From Camelus dromedarius (taxonomy: Eukaryota): a DNA stretch of 64,000 nucleotides. Shown here in pieces: positions 40,101 to 53,100 of this stretch. Under the pieces are notes generated by a model, which was not told the origin of the DNA, ran no database searches, and saw nothing but the letters and a program-made list of their open reading frames with translations. Made by a program: the position numbers and the translations under genes. Position 1 is the first letter of the stretch. The number at the start of each line of letters is the position of its first letter. The stretch covers positions 69,318,001 through 69,382,000 of the forward strand of contig NC_087436.1 in the NCBI RefSeq assembly GCF_036321535.1, written 5' to 3'.

Positions 40101-43100
40101 GTAATCTGTTGTGTTTAATGGATTGAAATGAAGAGAATATAGTATGAGAAGTAAAAAATAATGCTTGATCTGCATGAAGAGATTATGAGACAATATCTCA
40201 AATTAGGAAAAGCATTTCCCAAATTTCCGAAGGTACGTGCCACATTTGATGTTATGTTGGGGCATTTCTTGAGGAATGGATGATTTGAAGATTTCTTACA
40301 TATTTAGAACATTATGCATATGTATGTCTTTGTCCTTTATTATCGATTTACTGTGGATTTTTGAGTTCACATACTTTGAAGTTGAATGTGAAGTTGTATA
40401 ATTCTGCCTGGTCGAAATGAGCATCTCCCCAAAATATGTCTTTATTGCACTATAGGATTTTGACTGTTTTGGGGTCTAACCTAGCACTATTACTCTAATA
40501 TTCCTCTTTCCCTCAAAATGATTGTAAAGAGTTCCTCAAAAAACTTTTTGAAACAGAATTACTGGTTTCCTCCTGAATTATTTCAACATATCTATGACAT
40601 GGTTCAATTAATAATTGTATAAGTTATGACTTATGTATTTAGAATTTGAAACACACTTAAAATAGATTTTATAATAAAGATCCTAAATTCCGAGTAGTCA
40701 AATAACAATCTGTACCTTACAGCATTTTTAAATGTATGATGAGAGTAAAGAAATTATTTTTCTATTTACAAAGTCTTTATTCTTCTTTCTCAGATTGATA
40801 TACTGCTCCCCTCCAAACATTCTTAGGTAAAAACAGCTAGGAAAGAATCAAAGACTATGATCACTATGTCCTACCAGTAATCCTTCCCTATGAAAGAGGG
40901 TCCACCACTGAGCACCAAACTGCTTGAATCAGAAATAAACAAATAACCTTGATTCAGCTGTAGATCAGTCACTGCTTGATCTACAAGTCAGACAATGTCA
41001 CCAAGAAGGGATTTCAAATTATCTATCTCAGTTTTGCCTTTTGCATCTTGGACTCTGAACATGAGTGACTGGTGATGGATGGGTAGAGCAGCTTCTGTGC
41101 ACATTTTCTTTAGGGTCAAGTCTAGAGAAATAAGCATGTTCTTCTCTCACAGAATGCCCAGGAAATGTCTGAACGCAATTTGTCCACTTCGATTATGACA
41201 CATGCTGTTCTGAACATAAGGCATATTCCTGGGCAGCATAGTTCTTTAGAAGCAGTCATAGTGTTTGTGAGTTGTTTAAAAAAAAATTTTGCAGAGAGAA
41301 TTTAGAACAGATATCTCAAAAAACAAAAAGGGAAATGGCTATATATAACAATAGTTCACAAGTACAAACAAATTTAAAAAATTTTAGGAATAAACACAAT
41401 TTTTAGGAATGATAGATTATTAGACATATATAGTGTTAAAATTAGTAATAAGGAAAATAATTGAAAATTTCATACGTAACTGCAAAAGACCTCAAATATC
41501 CAGTCATCCTGAGACAGAGAAGAAACCTGGAGGCATCACACTTACTGATTTCAAGCAATATTATAAAGTTATACTAATCCAGGTCTTTTTTGTGGTGGGG
41601 CTCTATTATTACGTTTATTTATTTATTTACCAGAGGTACTGGGATTGAAGTGGGACCTCGTTCATGCTAAGCATGTACTCTACTACTGAACTATACCTTG
41701 GAGCTATACTAATCCAAACCATATGGTACAGGCATTAAAACAGACACATGGAATCACAGAACAGAATCAAGTGCTCAGAAATAAACCTACGCGTATTTGG
41801 CCAACTAATACTTCACAAGAAGGCCAAAAATTATTCCATGAAGGAGGACATTTTTTAAAAAAATTCTTGATGAAAAAATTAGATATTCACATCAAAAGAA
41901 TGAAACTAGACCTTGAACTTACACCACTATAAAAGTACTCTTAAATGAATGAAAGACTTAAATGTAAGATGTACAACCATGAAATTCCTAGCAGAAAACA
42001 CAGGGGAAATATTTCTTGACATGGGCCTTGACAGAGATTTTTAAAAATATGAAACTTAATGCATAAACAACAAAGTTCAGAATGAAGAAATGGGACTACT
42101 TGAAACTAAAAAGCTTCTGCACAGCAAAAGAAATGATCGACATAATGAGAAGGCAACCTATGAAGTGGGAGAGCATATTTGCAAACCCTATGTCTGACTA
42201 GGTGTTGCTGCCTAAAGTACATAAGGAACTCACCTAATTCAATAGCACGAAACCAAACAATTCAATAAGAAAAATTATCAAAGAACCTGAATAGACATTT
42301 TTCCAAAGAAAATATTCAAATGGCAACAAATACATGAAAAGGTGCTCAACATTACTAGTTATCAAGGAAATGCAAATCGAAATCAAAATGAGGTATCACC
42401 TCTCACCTGTTAGAATGGCTATTATCAAAAAAAAAAAAAAAAAAAATGAGAGACCACAAATGGTAGTGAGGATGTAGAGAAAAAGGAGCCGTGTGCTCTG
42501 TTAATGGGAAGGTAAATGGTGCAGGACTATGGAAAACAATATGGAAATAAAAGTACCATATGATCCAGCAAATCCACTTCTAGGTATATATCTGAAGGAA
42601 AGGATATCCCTGCATCTGCATGTTCACTGCAGCGTTATTTACAATAGCCCAAACTGGAAACAACCTCAGTGTTTATGGATAGGTAAATGAATAAAGAAAA
42701 TATGGTTATTATACAATGAGCTGTCTCAATATGGACGGAGATTGGGGAAATTATGTTAAGTGAAGTAAGTCAGAAAGAAAAAGGTATCACTTATACATAG
42801 AATCTGAAAAGAAAACAAATCAAAAAAGAAAACGAACTCATAGAAACAGAGAACTGATAACTGATCGCTGGATTTTGGGGTTTGAAGCTGGGAGCAACAG
42901 GTAGGTGAGGGTGGACAAATTGTACAGATTTCCCATTCTAAAGTAAGTAATGCAGGAGATGTAATGTCCAGCATGGTGACTATAGTTAATCACACTGCAC
43001 TGTGTATTTGACAGGTACTAACACGGTAGATCTTAAAAGTTCTATCTCAAGATAAAAAATTTTGTAACTCTGTGTGGTGATGTATGTTATCTAACGTTAT

Positions 43101-45168
43101 TGTGGTGATTATTTCACAACAGATACCAAAAAAAGATCATTATGTTGTATACCTGTGTTGAAACAAAATGATTTTAAGGCAGGAGAAGAAAAGGTTTACA
43201 AAAAATTTCTCTGCCATTTGAGTTACTTCCCTGTTGTCCCCTTTTACTGTGCACTGTGCATCTGCATTGTACATTAACTAGATCCCCGTGGAAGACACAG
43301 GAAAACATACTCACCAAAAAAAGCAATTTTGTACTGATGCTAGCAAGTAATACCTTTAAAGATAATATTACTCCCTTAATCCCTTAGGGGTTATAGTGAC
43401 CTACTTCATGCCTTTTTGGACTTGTAAACTGTCAATATATTGCTTTGATGTATAAAATCTTTTGTTGTGTAATCCGTTGTCTCAAAAACTTATATAACTG
43501 TGCTGTGGTTCTAATGGGCAGAACATTCCTTAGAGCTTCTTGACAGACTCTCCAGAATTATAATCCTCATGTTGACGCCAATAAAATTTTTCATTTATTT
43601 TGTAGGATGACTATTGAATAACTTTTTGTCAATATCAAAAGTAATACAATGTTATATAGCTAAGTATATTTAAAAAAATCTAACTAAATAATGTAAGCAG
43701 GGAAGCAGGGTACTGCTTCCTCAGAGATAACTAGCCTCTTAGGCAAAAATTCCTCAACAAAATTTTATAATTAAAAAAGTCAATTATGCAAAAGGGAAAA
43801 AGAAGAGTAAATAGAGTTGCTAAAATAGAAAAAAATTTTTTTTGCTCAGGGTCAATGCTCGCTAGTTGAACTCTAATGTAATTTTGCATAGAACAACAAG
43901 AAAACAATGAGGTAAGTTAAAAATCTAGAAACATGCTCCTTTTGAGAAAAATCTTCCTTTTCTTGCCCTTTCAAAAGCAAGAACATATGAAACCAAGCTA
44001 CATTCATTTATTTTCTACTTTCATGCTTACCAGATGCCAAGTCTGGCAACCAATCAACCAAGCCTTGATAGGAGGCAAACAGAAGTCTGAGAAACAGCAA
44101 GTTAATCAGAAAGAAAACAAGGTGTATAAAAGTAAACAAGAGAGTAGACTGAAGTTATAGAAATAAAAGACATTGTCATATTTGGTTTTTCCAAATACTC
44201 CAAAAATCTTAGCATCAAACAAGACCTATGAATATAGAGAATATTGTCTTCTCTGATATGGTGTCAGTACTCAATTATGAAAAAAATACAATAAGAAAAT
44301 ATTACTATTTTTTCCACTCAAAATAGTTTAGGTACAAGAACTAGGGTCCTCCCTAAAAATCCCTTTTGTAAGTTTTCATACAGTCAGACAAATATTTACA
44401 TTTAATATATGAAATAAGAATCCTTATTACACGCAAATTTCTCTTACCTAAAACATTGCTGTAATATGCATCCCATTCCGGAAATATATAGTAAGAATAC
44501 AGCATATCAATTAATGTATACAGTAACCAATTCTCCAGCCTCTGTACAAAAGACATGTTGTCTGTCAGTCTTGATGTACTTCCAGGAACGTAGGAAGAAG
44601 GCATCGGAAGCCCAGCACACCATCTCTCAATGACATTTCCGTAGGAGCTCCGGAAAGAGTATATAAATGGAATATTGAGGAGCTCAGCCACTAACTCCCC
44701 ACAAAAGCTTAAAGGGTCAGCCAAGCAGATATCAAACTTAGCTGCCTGTAGTCTGCTGAGTAAATCCTTATCTGTGATAGCACTGTCACATACTCTTTTC
44801 ATTGTTCTAAAAAAATTGTGCTCTATTTTTGTCAGTTTTATATGCATTTCCCACCAGGAGAGATTTGACAGTTCAAAAGAAGCTGAATAGAGAATTGTAT
44901 CGAGTTCTTCCCTGAGAGTTTCTTTAGTTACCGGAAGTTGGAGGATCTCCACATTAAAAGGAATCTTGGTATGATCAAGCAGGAGACTTGGTGAAGGTAC
45001 CAGGACAGTTATCTCGTGCCCACGATGGCGGAGTTCTTCCAGAATCACATTTAAATTAATCCAATGACTGAAATCCATGGGCCATACAAGTACTTTCCCA
45101 GTCCTTCCAGAGTCAAAGAAACCCAGATGCAGCATGAAAAGGACACAGAAGCCTTTCACAGTCTTCAT
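24851..45168 (-). CDS. UGT2C1-like: UGT2 family UDP-glucuronosyltransferase, copy B, complete 6-exon gene, 529 aa: join(45168-44448, 38319-38171, 36396-36265, 30408-30321, 28950-28731, 25130-24851)
   Basis: All introns are GT-AG with compatible phases, total 1590 nt, matching the standard UGT2 exon layout. Has a signal peptide, catalytic H35 and D151, the signature [44 protein letters not shown], a C-terminal TM helix and a KKKKRE tail. The 2C subfamily call is from recall, not a search. Confidence 0.93.
26620..28650. mobile_element. L1 3' fragments in intron 5 of copy B (antisense about 26620-28070, sense about 28290-28650)
   Basis: L1 3'UTR and ORF2 text; the antisense part has a diverged counterpart at about 62990-64000. 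Confidence 0.7.
28731..28950 (-). CDS. UGT2C1-like: UGT2 copy B exon 5 (UDP-sugar-binding signature)
   Basis: [16 protein letters not shown]...EVINNPS; acceptor TTTAG, donor TTC|GTGAGT; 220 bp. Confidence 0.95.
29649..30152 (+). mobile_element. Probable solo LTR in intron 4 of copy B
   Basis: TG...CA ends, TATAAA near 29993 and AATAAA near 30098; no clear TSD. Confidence 0.5.
30321..30408 (-). CDS. UGT2C1-like: UGT2 copy B exon 4
   Basis: Hand translation [29 protein letters not shown](G); acceptor AACAG, donor TTG|GTAAGA; 88 bp. Confidence 0.95.
30870..33440. mobile_element. L1 3' fragments in intron 3 of copy B (antisense about 30870-32010, sense about 32160-33440)
   Basis: L1 ORF2 C-terminal and 3'UTR text. 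Confidence 0.7.
36265..36396 (-). CDS. UGT2C1-like: UGT2 copy B exon 3
   Basis: Hand translation [44 protein letters not shown]; acceptor CACAG, donor AAG|GTCAGA; 132 bp. Confidence 0.95.
38171..38319 (-). CDS. UGT2C1-like: UGT2 copy B exon 2
   Basis: [27 protein letters not shown]...KPLPK; acceptor TTCAG, donor AAG|GTACTT; 149 bp. Confidence 0.95.
41582..41701 (-). mobile_element. tRNA-derived SINE, vic-1-like (paralog of 7706-7826)
   Basis: Same insertion site and TSD. Confidence 0.8.
43156..43634 (+). mobile_element. Solo LTR (paralog of 9285-9765)
   Basis: Same site and termini. Confidence 0.7.
44448..45168 (-). CDS. UGT2C1-like: UGT2 copy B exon 1 (signal peptide and aglycone-binding domain)
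   Basis: MKTVKGF...[13 protein letters not shown]...YYSNVLG; donor TAG|GTAAGA; 721 bp. Confidence 0.95.
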
Positions 45169-45212
45169 GATTAACTCTCGCTGAAAGGAAATCTGAGCTT
45201 AAACCAAGTGCG

Positions 45213-45307
45213 TGACTCACAATACAAAGACATTTACTTGTCCCGCCCAACCAGTTTATACTAGGTTGGGCTGAACTTTGAAGTGTGTACTTTGTATTAC
45301 GGATTAA
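45213..45307 (-). promoter_or_regulatory. Proximal promoter of copy B: TATAAA (45255-45260), HNF4-like motifs (45272-45280, 45286-45294), AP-1-like (45213-45219), copy-specific GC box GGGCGGG (45242-45248)
   Basis: Motifs read directly; paralogous to the copy A promoter. Confidence 0.6.
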
Positions 45308-48300
45308 AAAGAAATGAAACTACTTTGATGGAAAAAAAAAAAAGGCTGAAAAGTCAATACACTGAGTTTGGAAACAAATGCTCAGAATGAGAATTTCAAA
45401 ACTTTTTTTGAGGATATGAAAATAAAGAGCAGCACACCTACAGTGAATTAAACTACAGCAAAGGTGGCAAGAATATACATTGGAAAAAAGACAAACTCTT
45501 CTAAACGTGGTGTTGAGAAATCTGGGCAGCTGCATGTAAATCGATGAAGCTGGAACATTCCCTCAAGTCGTACACAAAACTAGAGTAAAAAGTTTGTGGG
45601 ATCAGGAGAAGGCTCACAAGCACAAGCACTTCAGGCTTCTGCTCTAGGGAAAGCAATGGGGGACCCCAACACTCAGATTGTCAATGTGGACTCAAAAGAA
45701 GGCATGCAATCTGAGGATATTCCTGGAGGATTTCTTCTGCTCAAGTGAGAAAAAGAAACGTGGAGGAGGTGTATCCACAGAAACACCTGAGGAAGTCTCA
45801 GAATGTCTAGTCAGACTGATGGGTGGAAGTATTTGTATCTCAAAGCCAGTCAGTAAAGACTGGGCTTGGTGACACTGATTCCTTAAATGCAAATTCCAAC
45901 ACAAGCCTATGAAGAACATGAGAAATCAGGGAAATACGACACCACCAAGGGAGCACAAGGATTTTCCAGCAAACAGCTACAAAGAAATACAGATGTATAA
46001 GTTGCCTGAAAAGAATTTTAAATAATGTTTTTAGGAAGCTGAGGAAGCTATGGGAAAAAAGAGGCAAGGAAATGACGTTTAATGACAACAAGACATCACT
46101 ACTGACCTGATCAAAATAGGAGATTGAACACAGAAATCAAGTAAAATTAAAAATTAAGTGGAAAAAATAATAAAAAATGATTAGCTTAATTAAGAATAAC
46201 AACAAGAAGAAAAAGGACACAAAGCTGCCATAAATCCTGGAGCTAAGGAATCTGCTGAATGAAATGAAAAATGAATACAGGGCCTCAGAAACAGACTCAG
46301 TCAAGCAGAGTAAAGAATGTGTGAACACAAAGGCAGGTCATTTGAAGTTATCCAGTCAGAGGAAAGAAAGAAAAAAAAAAAAAACAACTAGAAAAGTGTG
46401 AAGTGAAAGAAATGTAGAAGAATACTAAAAGATCTCCATAATATTATAACCCATCACAGCATAGGCCTCCTGTGGAGTTCTTTCCTTGTCGGGTCCCACT
46501 CAAAGCTGGCAGTCTTTTGAGTTACGTAGCATATTTGTCCTAGAATGGAATATATATATTCTTCCCCCAATTCTTGAAAGACTTAAAAATCAATGTTTCT
46601 TTTTTCTTTGTTAAAAAAAAAAAAGACAAAATGCAAAACTCTATTCTCCTTTGGAAGTAATAACCTCAAATACACCTGACCATTAGACCTCAGTTAATTT
46701 TATTGAGATCACACTTGAATATTCATAGGGTTATCTTACACTTTGTACAGCATATGTGTCATATTTAGGTTTCCAATATATTAGACACTAATTTTCCTGT
46801 CTCATTTGCAAAATGTCATAAATACAGTCAGTCAGCACAATCTTCTGAAGGATACCCAGGTAATTTATATCTTGTGGGTAATAGTTTATGGAAAAAAAAG
46901 CGTTTATAGTACAATCCTGATGTCAAAGAGTAAATGTGTACTGTTTCTTCCAAGTGAATAAGAACCGTTTATAAACATCTTTTCTGGTAGGGATGGTGGA
47001 GAACACGCCCATCTAAGCAGTGGCCTCACTCCATTCTGGAGATGTCTGAGTCTAGCAGAGATACCACATCTGGCACAGAGGATGAAATTGGAATCATGTC
47101 TTGGATGAGTTTGCACAAGTGTACTATCACTTTGAAGAAAATGGGAGACGGAGAGATGGCGGAGTAGAAGGACGCTCGCAGGTCACCCTCTCCCACAAAT
47201 ACACCAAGACCCACATCTACAGACCCACTCAGCCAACCAGAGCACCTGCGGAACTCCGACAGAACATCGCCCTCTTCAAAAGATAAAGACACCAGAAATC
47301 TGGTAGGAGAAAAGGAAAAAAGAAAGAACAAAAGGCAAAGCAGCGAGGGACGGGTCCCGCGGGGAGGGAGTGGCAAAGGAGGACTGGCGCTCGCTCGCGG
47401 GGTCTCCCCTCTCCAACTGAGAGGCCAGCGGGACGGAGGGGGAGCCTCCGAGGCTCGGATCTGTACAGAGCAGCCCTTGACTGACAGAACTAAGTTAAAC
47501 GGGCACACAGCGTCCCCCCGGCACCGAGCCTGAGACGCTGGCCGGCAGGCGCGGGCAGGGCCAGGCTGCACAAGCCGGGCGGAGGACGGGGGCGGCTGCA
47601 CGGAGGGAGCCCCGGGGGAACACAAGGGGCTGCGCGCCGTGGCTGTGGGTGCACAGGGCAGAACAACCTGGGCCCTCCATAAAACAGCACGGTTGATCTG
47701 TTCTCGGGGGAAGGGTGCACACCCCCATCTCTGAAAACCCACGGAAAGTTTTCGGGGGAAGAGAGGCGGGGCTCAGGCACAGCCGCTATATCCTCCGGAG
47801 CTGAGCACCCAGGCTGGGGCGGGAGCGAAACCTGCATCCGCACTGAAGGGCTTAGCAGCCTCAAAGGCCAGACTGAGACTGGCCTGCAGCCCGGGGCAGA
47901 TAGGATCCTCCATCCTGGTCCCTCAGAGAACTTGCTCCACAAAGACAAACAAGGAGCTGGGTTCTGGCTCGGAGAAGGGACAGGGCTGTCCCTCGGTCTT
48001 CCCCGAGCCCACCCGCGGAGCGCCGACCAGGGCGGAGCGCGCAGTCACACAGAGCAGCGGAGCTACCGGCAGAGCAGCGGAGCTACCGGCAGTGCAGGTA
48101 GAGCGAGAGCGGCCCCCCGCCTTTTGGGCAGGAAAACAGCCCCTGACCGAGGTGCTGGGACGGGGCACGACCCGCCCTCCTACCCGGCCAGTCTGCAACA
48201 TCTGACTGTGGCATCTGGAGGGGCAGCGACCTGCCCGCCCACAGCAGAGGAGAGCTGCACCTGACCCAGTGTTAGGAGGAGGCGCGATCTGCTTGCGGAC

Positions 48301-48841
48301 AGGTGCTGGGAGCAGCACAGAAGAGGGCGCCAACGGAGGGCCTCTGAAAACAGTAAGCTGAGCTTCCAAAACAGGAGACAAGACAGAAAGACTTCACATT
48401 AAAAGCACACAGACTCCAGGAGAACACGGACAAACCCACCCCTCCCCTTTTTTTTTTAAAATCTGTTTTTACCTGTTCTATTTTCTATTACTCTCTTAAT
48501 TTTTACTTCTTAATTCATTTCTATTTCTCTTGGGTTTTGATGTCCTGTTATTGATTAGACACAGGTTTCAAATACATCGATTCATCTCCCCCCCCCTTTT
48601 TTTTGTTAAGGTTTTAAAAGGACATCTCAACCCGATTAATACTCTGCTTCAACTCGCTCTTCTATTATTCATTATACACTGTTTTCAAACCCTCTTTCTC
48701 CCTTCTTTTAAAATTCTTTCTCTCTCTCTTATTTTTTTTTTCTTTTCCTAAGTTTTATTCCTAAATAGGTATTAGATAGATAAAATCCTTAAGGACCAAA
48801 ATAAACAACTGATACTTTATAAACCACAGTGCCAGAGAGGT

Positions 48842-49746
48842 ATGAGCAAGATGAAGAAGCAGAAAAACCTTTCCCAATTAAAAGAAGAAGAGAAATCCCC
48901 TGAAAGAAAGATCAACGAAATAGACATCGATAGCCTACTAGATCAATATTTCAAAAAAGGAGTGATCGAATTGCTGAAGGAATTAAAAGAGATAGTGTTT
49001 AGAGATATAAAATATGTCAAAAATGAAATTGAAGCTATAAAGAAGAGCCAAGTAGAATGGGTAAACTCATTGACAGAGATTAGGAATGATCTAATAGCTG
49101 TGCAAAGCCGACTAGATAATGCAGAGGAACGAATTAGTGATCTAGAAGACAGGGCAATAGAAAGCACCCATTCAGAAGAACTACAAGATAAGCAAGTAAA
49201 AAATAATGAAAATAGCATAAGGGACCTATGGGATAATATAAAGCGTCCCAATCTTCGGATAATAGGGGTCACAGAAGGAGAAGAAAGATCAAAGGGGATT
49301 GAAAAGGTTTTTGAAGAAATCATGACTGAAAACTTCCCAAACTTAAAGAAGGAATCAGATATCCAAGTACAGGAAGCTCAGAGGGTCCCAAACAGGAAGA
49401 ACCCAAATAGACCCACACCAAGACATATCATAATCAAGATGGCCAGAGTCAAGGATAAAGAAATGATTCTAAAGGCAGCAAGAGAAAAGCAAAGAGTAAG
49501 TTACAAGGGAACCCCCATAAGGCTCTCAGCTGATTTCTCTACACAAACACTATAGGCCAGAAGGGAGTGGCAAGATATATTCAAAGCCCTGAATGAAAAA
49601 AAGATGCAGCCTAGGATCCTTTATCCAGCAAGGCTATCCTTTAGGATAGAAGGAGAAATAAAGAGTTTCACAGACAAAAAAAAAAGCTGCAGGAGTTTAG
49701 CAACACTAAACCCATGCTAAAAGAAATATTGAAAGGGCTATTCTAA
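48842..49746 (+). pseudogene. L1 ORF1, disrupted
   Basis: Coiled-coil and RRM motifs (LWDNIKRPNLRIIG, IRLSADFS). Premature TAG at 49553-49555 where the other L1 has CAG. An A10 run at 49676-49685 is a probable frameshift. Confidence 0.9.
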
Positions 49747-50151
49747 ATAGAAAAGCAGCAGGATGCTACAGAAATGAGAAACTCACAACTGGAAAGGTGA
49801 TAACTCATGAATTACAAATAAAGTAAACATGAAATTATAAAAGAAGACATACAAATCACTGAGAGTGGGAGAGGGAGGCAGGGAAATATAGAATATCTTA
49901 TTCTTTCATTTTTAAATCTTTTTTAACAGTAGGATGGGTTTGAGAGCATGTTACTATCAGTTTAATAAAAACAGTTATAGTAATGGGTTAATAGATTTAC
50001 AAAAAAGGGTAACCACAAGCCAGAAATTTACAAAGGAGTCACAAAAATTAAATAAAATCCATGATAATACAAAGGAAAATTACCAAAGCACAATAGGAAG
50101 AAGAAAGGAACAAAGAGGATATACCAATTCAACTGCAAAGATAAGTTCAAA

Positions 50152-53100
50152 ATGGCAATAAACACACATCTATCATTAATTACTGTAAATGTTAATGGAC
50201 TAAATGCTCCAGTCAAAAGACATAGAGTGGCAGACTGGATAATAAAGCAAGAACCTTCAATATGCTGCATACAAGAGACCCACTTTAGGGAGAAGGACAC
50301 ATATAGATTGAGAGTGAAAGGATGGAAAAGGATATTCCATGCAAATGGAAAAGCCAAAAAAGCAGGTGTTGCAGTACTGATTTCAGGCAAAATAGACTTT
50401 AAAACAAAGGCCATAAAGAAAGATAAAGAAGGACATTTTGTAATGATTAAAGGAGTGATACAAGATGAGGATATTACACTCGTTAATATATATGCACCCA
50501 ATATAGGAGCACCTAAGTACATACAAGAATTACTAACAGAGATAAAGGGGGATATTGATGGGAATACAATCATAGTTGGAGATTTTAACACTGCATTAAC
50601 ATCACTAGACAGATCTTCCAGACAGAAAATAAACAAGGCAACAGAGAAATTAAATACTACAATAGAAAAACTAGATTTGGTGGATATTTTCAGAGCATTA
50701 CACCCCCCAAAAATAGGATATACATTCTTTTCAAGTGCACATGGAACATTTTCCAGGATCGAAAATGTACTTGGGCACAAAAGAAACCTCAACAATTTTA
50801 AGAAGATAGAAATTATCTCAAGCGTCTTTACGGACCACAATGCCATGAAACTGGAAATCAAGAACAGAGAAACAAAGGAGAAAAAAAGGAAAGCATGGAG
50901 ATTAAACAATATGTTATTGAAAAAACAATGGATCAATGAGGAAATCAAAGCTGAAATTAAAAAATACCTTGCGACAAATGATAATGAAAGCACAACCACT
51001 CAAAACCTATGGGACACAGCAAAGGCAGTGCTAAGAGGGAAGTTTATAGCGATACAGGCCTTCCTCAAAAAAGAAGAACAATCTCAAATAAACAATTTAA
51101 CCCACCACCTGAATGAATTAGAAAAAGAAGAACAAAAAGCCCCAAAAAGCAGTAGAAGGAAGGAAATAATAAAGATCAGAGGGGAATTAAATACAATAGA
51201 GATTAACAAGACCATAGAAAAAATCAACCAAACCAAAAGCTGGTTTTTTGAAAAAGTAAATAAAATCGACAAACCTCTGGCCGAACTCACAAAGAAGAAA
51301 AAAGAGAGAGCACAAATCAGCAAAATAAGAAAGGAAAATGGAGAAATTACAACAAACAAAATAGAAATACAGAATATCATACGAGAATATTATGAAAAAC
51401 TATATGGAACCAAACTGGATAACTTAGAGGAGATGGACAAGTTTCTGGAAACATACTGTCCACCAAAACTGAATCAAGAAGAATCTGAACACTTGAACAA
51501 TCCGATCACTAGAAAGGAAATAGAAATAGCAATTAAAAACCTCCCTACAAATAAAAGTCCAGGACCGGACGGCTTCACCGGGGAATTCTACCAAACATAC
51601 ACAGAAGAACTCATACCAGTCCTTCTCAAACTCTTCCAGACGATTGAAAAGGAGGGAATACTCCCAAACTCATTCTATGAAGCCACCATCACCCTAATAC
51701 CAAAACCAGGCAAAGACACTACAAAAAAGAGAATTATAGGCCAATATCACTGATGAACATAGATGCCAAAATCCTCACCAAAATTTTAGTAAATAGAATC
51801 CAACAACACATAAAAAAGATTATACATCATGACCAAGTGGGGTTCATCCCAGGGACACAAGGCTGGTTTAACATATGCAAATCAATCAGTGTAATACATC
51901 ACATCAACAAGAGAAAGGACAAAAACCACACAATCATCTCAATTGATGCAGAAATAGCATTTGATAAAATTCAACACCCATTTATGATAAAAACTCTCGC
52001 CAAAGTGGGTATAGAGGGAACATATCTCAACATAATAAAAGCTATATATGACAAACCTACAGCCAGCATAGTACTCAACGGTGAAAAACTCAAAAGCTTC
52101 CCACTAAAATCTGGGACAAGACAAGGATGCCCACTTTCACCACTCCTATTCAACATAGTCCTGGAAGTCCTAGCCACAGCAGTCAGGCAAGAGAAAGAAA
52201 TAAAAGGGATCCAAATTGGAAAAGAAGAGGTAAAAGTGTCATTATATGCTGATGACATGTTACTATATATAGAAAACCCTAAAAGGTCCACACAAAAGCT
52301 ACTAGAGCTGATTGAAGAATTCAGCAAGGTAGCAGGTTACAAAATTAACGTTCAAAAATCAGTTGCATTTCTTTACACTAACGATAAATCAACAGAAGAA
52401 GAAAGTAAAGAAACAATCCCCTTTAAAATAGCACCCAATGTAATAAAATATCCGGGAATAAATCTAACCAAGGAGGTGAAAGAATTATACACAGAAAACT
52501 ATAAACCATTGATGAAGGAAATTAAAGAAGACTTTAAAAAATGGAAAGATATTCCATGCTCTTGGATTGGAAGAATCAATATTGTTAAAATGGTCACACT
52601 CCCCAAGGCAATCTACAGATTTAATGCAATCCCTATCCAATTACCCAGGACATATTTCACAGAATAGAACAAATCATAATAAAATTCATATGGAACCATC
52701 AAAGACCTAGAATTGCCAAAGCATTACTGAAGAGAAAGAAAGAGGCTGGAGGAATAACTCTCCCAGACTTCAGACAATACTATAGAGCTACAGTCATCAA
52801 GACAGCATGGTATTGGTACCAAAACAGACATATAGACCAATGGAACAGAATAGAGAGCCCAGAAATGAACCCACAAACTTTTGGTCAACTCATCTTTGAC
52901 AAAGGAGGCAAGAATATACAATGGAATAAAGACAGTCTCTTCAGCAAATAGTGTTGGGAAAACTGGACAGCAGCATGTAAAACAATGAAGCTAGAACACT
53001 CCCTTACACCATATACAAAAATCAACTCAAAATGGATTAAAGACTTAAACATAAGACAAGATACAATAAACCTCCTAGAGGAAAACATAGGCAAAACATT

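Noticed and set aside
47026..47742. 238-codon antisense frame in the L1 5'UTR, homologous to 16735-17142 (SLSFEEGDVLSEF), as an ORF0 analogue. In copy A this frame would even be in phase with UGT exon 1 if spliced at 16788.
   Set aside because: The starts are GTG and TTG with no usable ATG. The upstream parts are in different frames in the two L1s, and GC-rich DNA gives long stop-free frames by chance.
50028..50999. 323-aa hydrophobic minus-strand ORF, and similar ones at 48943, 51084, 51971 and 52885
   Set aside because: These are routine antisense shadows of A-rich L1 coding sequence.
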